From: Anthoceros angustus
Taxonomy: Eukaryota; Plantae; Anthocerotophyta
Assembly: GCA_010909165.1 (NCBI GenBank)
Contig: MU008170.1
Span: forward strand, 1,116,001 to 1,180,000
DNA: 64,000 bases
Direction: 5' to 3'
Of this stretch, positions 63,619-64,000 are shown piece after piece. The translations under genes were made by a program, and so were the position numbers. The notes below the pieces were generated by a model. That model had not been told where the DNA came from. It ran no database searches and saw only the letters and a list, made by a program, of their open reading frames with translations. Each line of letters opens with the position of its first letter. Position 1 is the stretch's first letter.

Positions 63619-64000
63619 AAGAAGTGAAAATGTCCATTTTCTATGTTAGATTTTGAAAACGCATCGTAGCAACCCCTCGGTTGTATTATAAATTGTTGAA
63701 TGCTCTCTAATTTCTTATTTTTCTTTTCTTATTTCTAAGCTAATTGTACGCCGAGCCACACAACATCTTTAGCAACCATTTGCTGGATTGAATCGCTCCT
63801 AGCAGACCTCAACCATGTGCCCAATGTAGTGTGCACTTTTGTGATGGATGATGGATGGATCTAAAGATGGATGTTCGGATGTATGGCTATTCGGATGGTT
63901 TAAGTTGAGTTTCTTTTAGGGCGCCGGCATGTTGGCACCCTTTCAAGTAAAAGCCAAGGGCACAGCGCCGATATACCGGCGCCCACAAACCAGTACTCCC

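Overview
Eukaryotic land-plant nuclear DNA. GRP-ending DYW:KP PPR genes and short introns suggest a hornwort or another U-to-C-editing seed-free plant (inference). Positions 1-27.4 kb are a nested patchwork of Copia and Gypsy LTR-retrotransposon fragments. Inside a minus-strand Gypsy element, between protease and integrase, lies a frameshifted gene for a ParB-like domain followed by a beta-class DNA amino-methyltransferase (motifs IV-VII-VIII-X-I in order); this is the most unusual item in the window. Positions 28.1-37.9 kb hold a tandem cluster of PLS-PPR/DYW:KP (candidate U-to-C editing) genes. Their near-identical ~300-bp triplets differ at an RNA-code residue. Positions 38354-43524 are a CACTA transposon with TIRs and a TTC target-site duplication. 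Then come host genes: HOS1 (three U12-type introns), an L-type lectin receptor kinase, an intronless AT-rich CAF1 with two disrupted partial copies, a small At4g22758-like gene and a PPR remnant. Many frameshifts in the repeat regions follow a CWG-to-CG pattern, which suggests long-read basecalling error at methylated CHG sites, so some apparent pseudogenes may be intact. All assignments come from reading motifs by eye; no searches were run.
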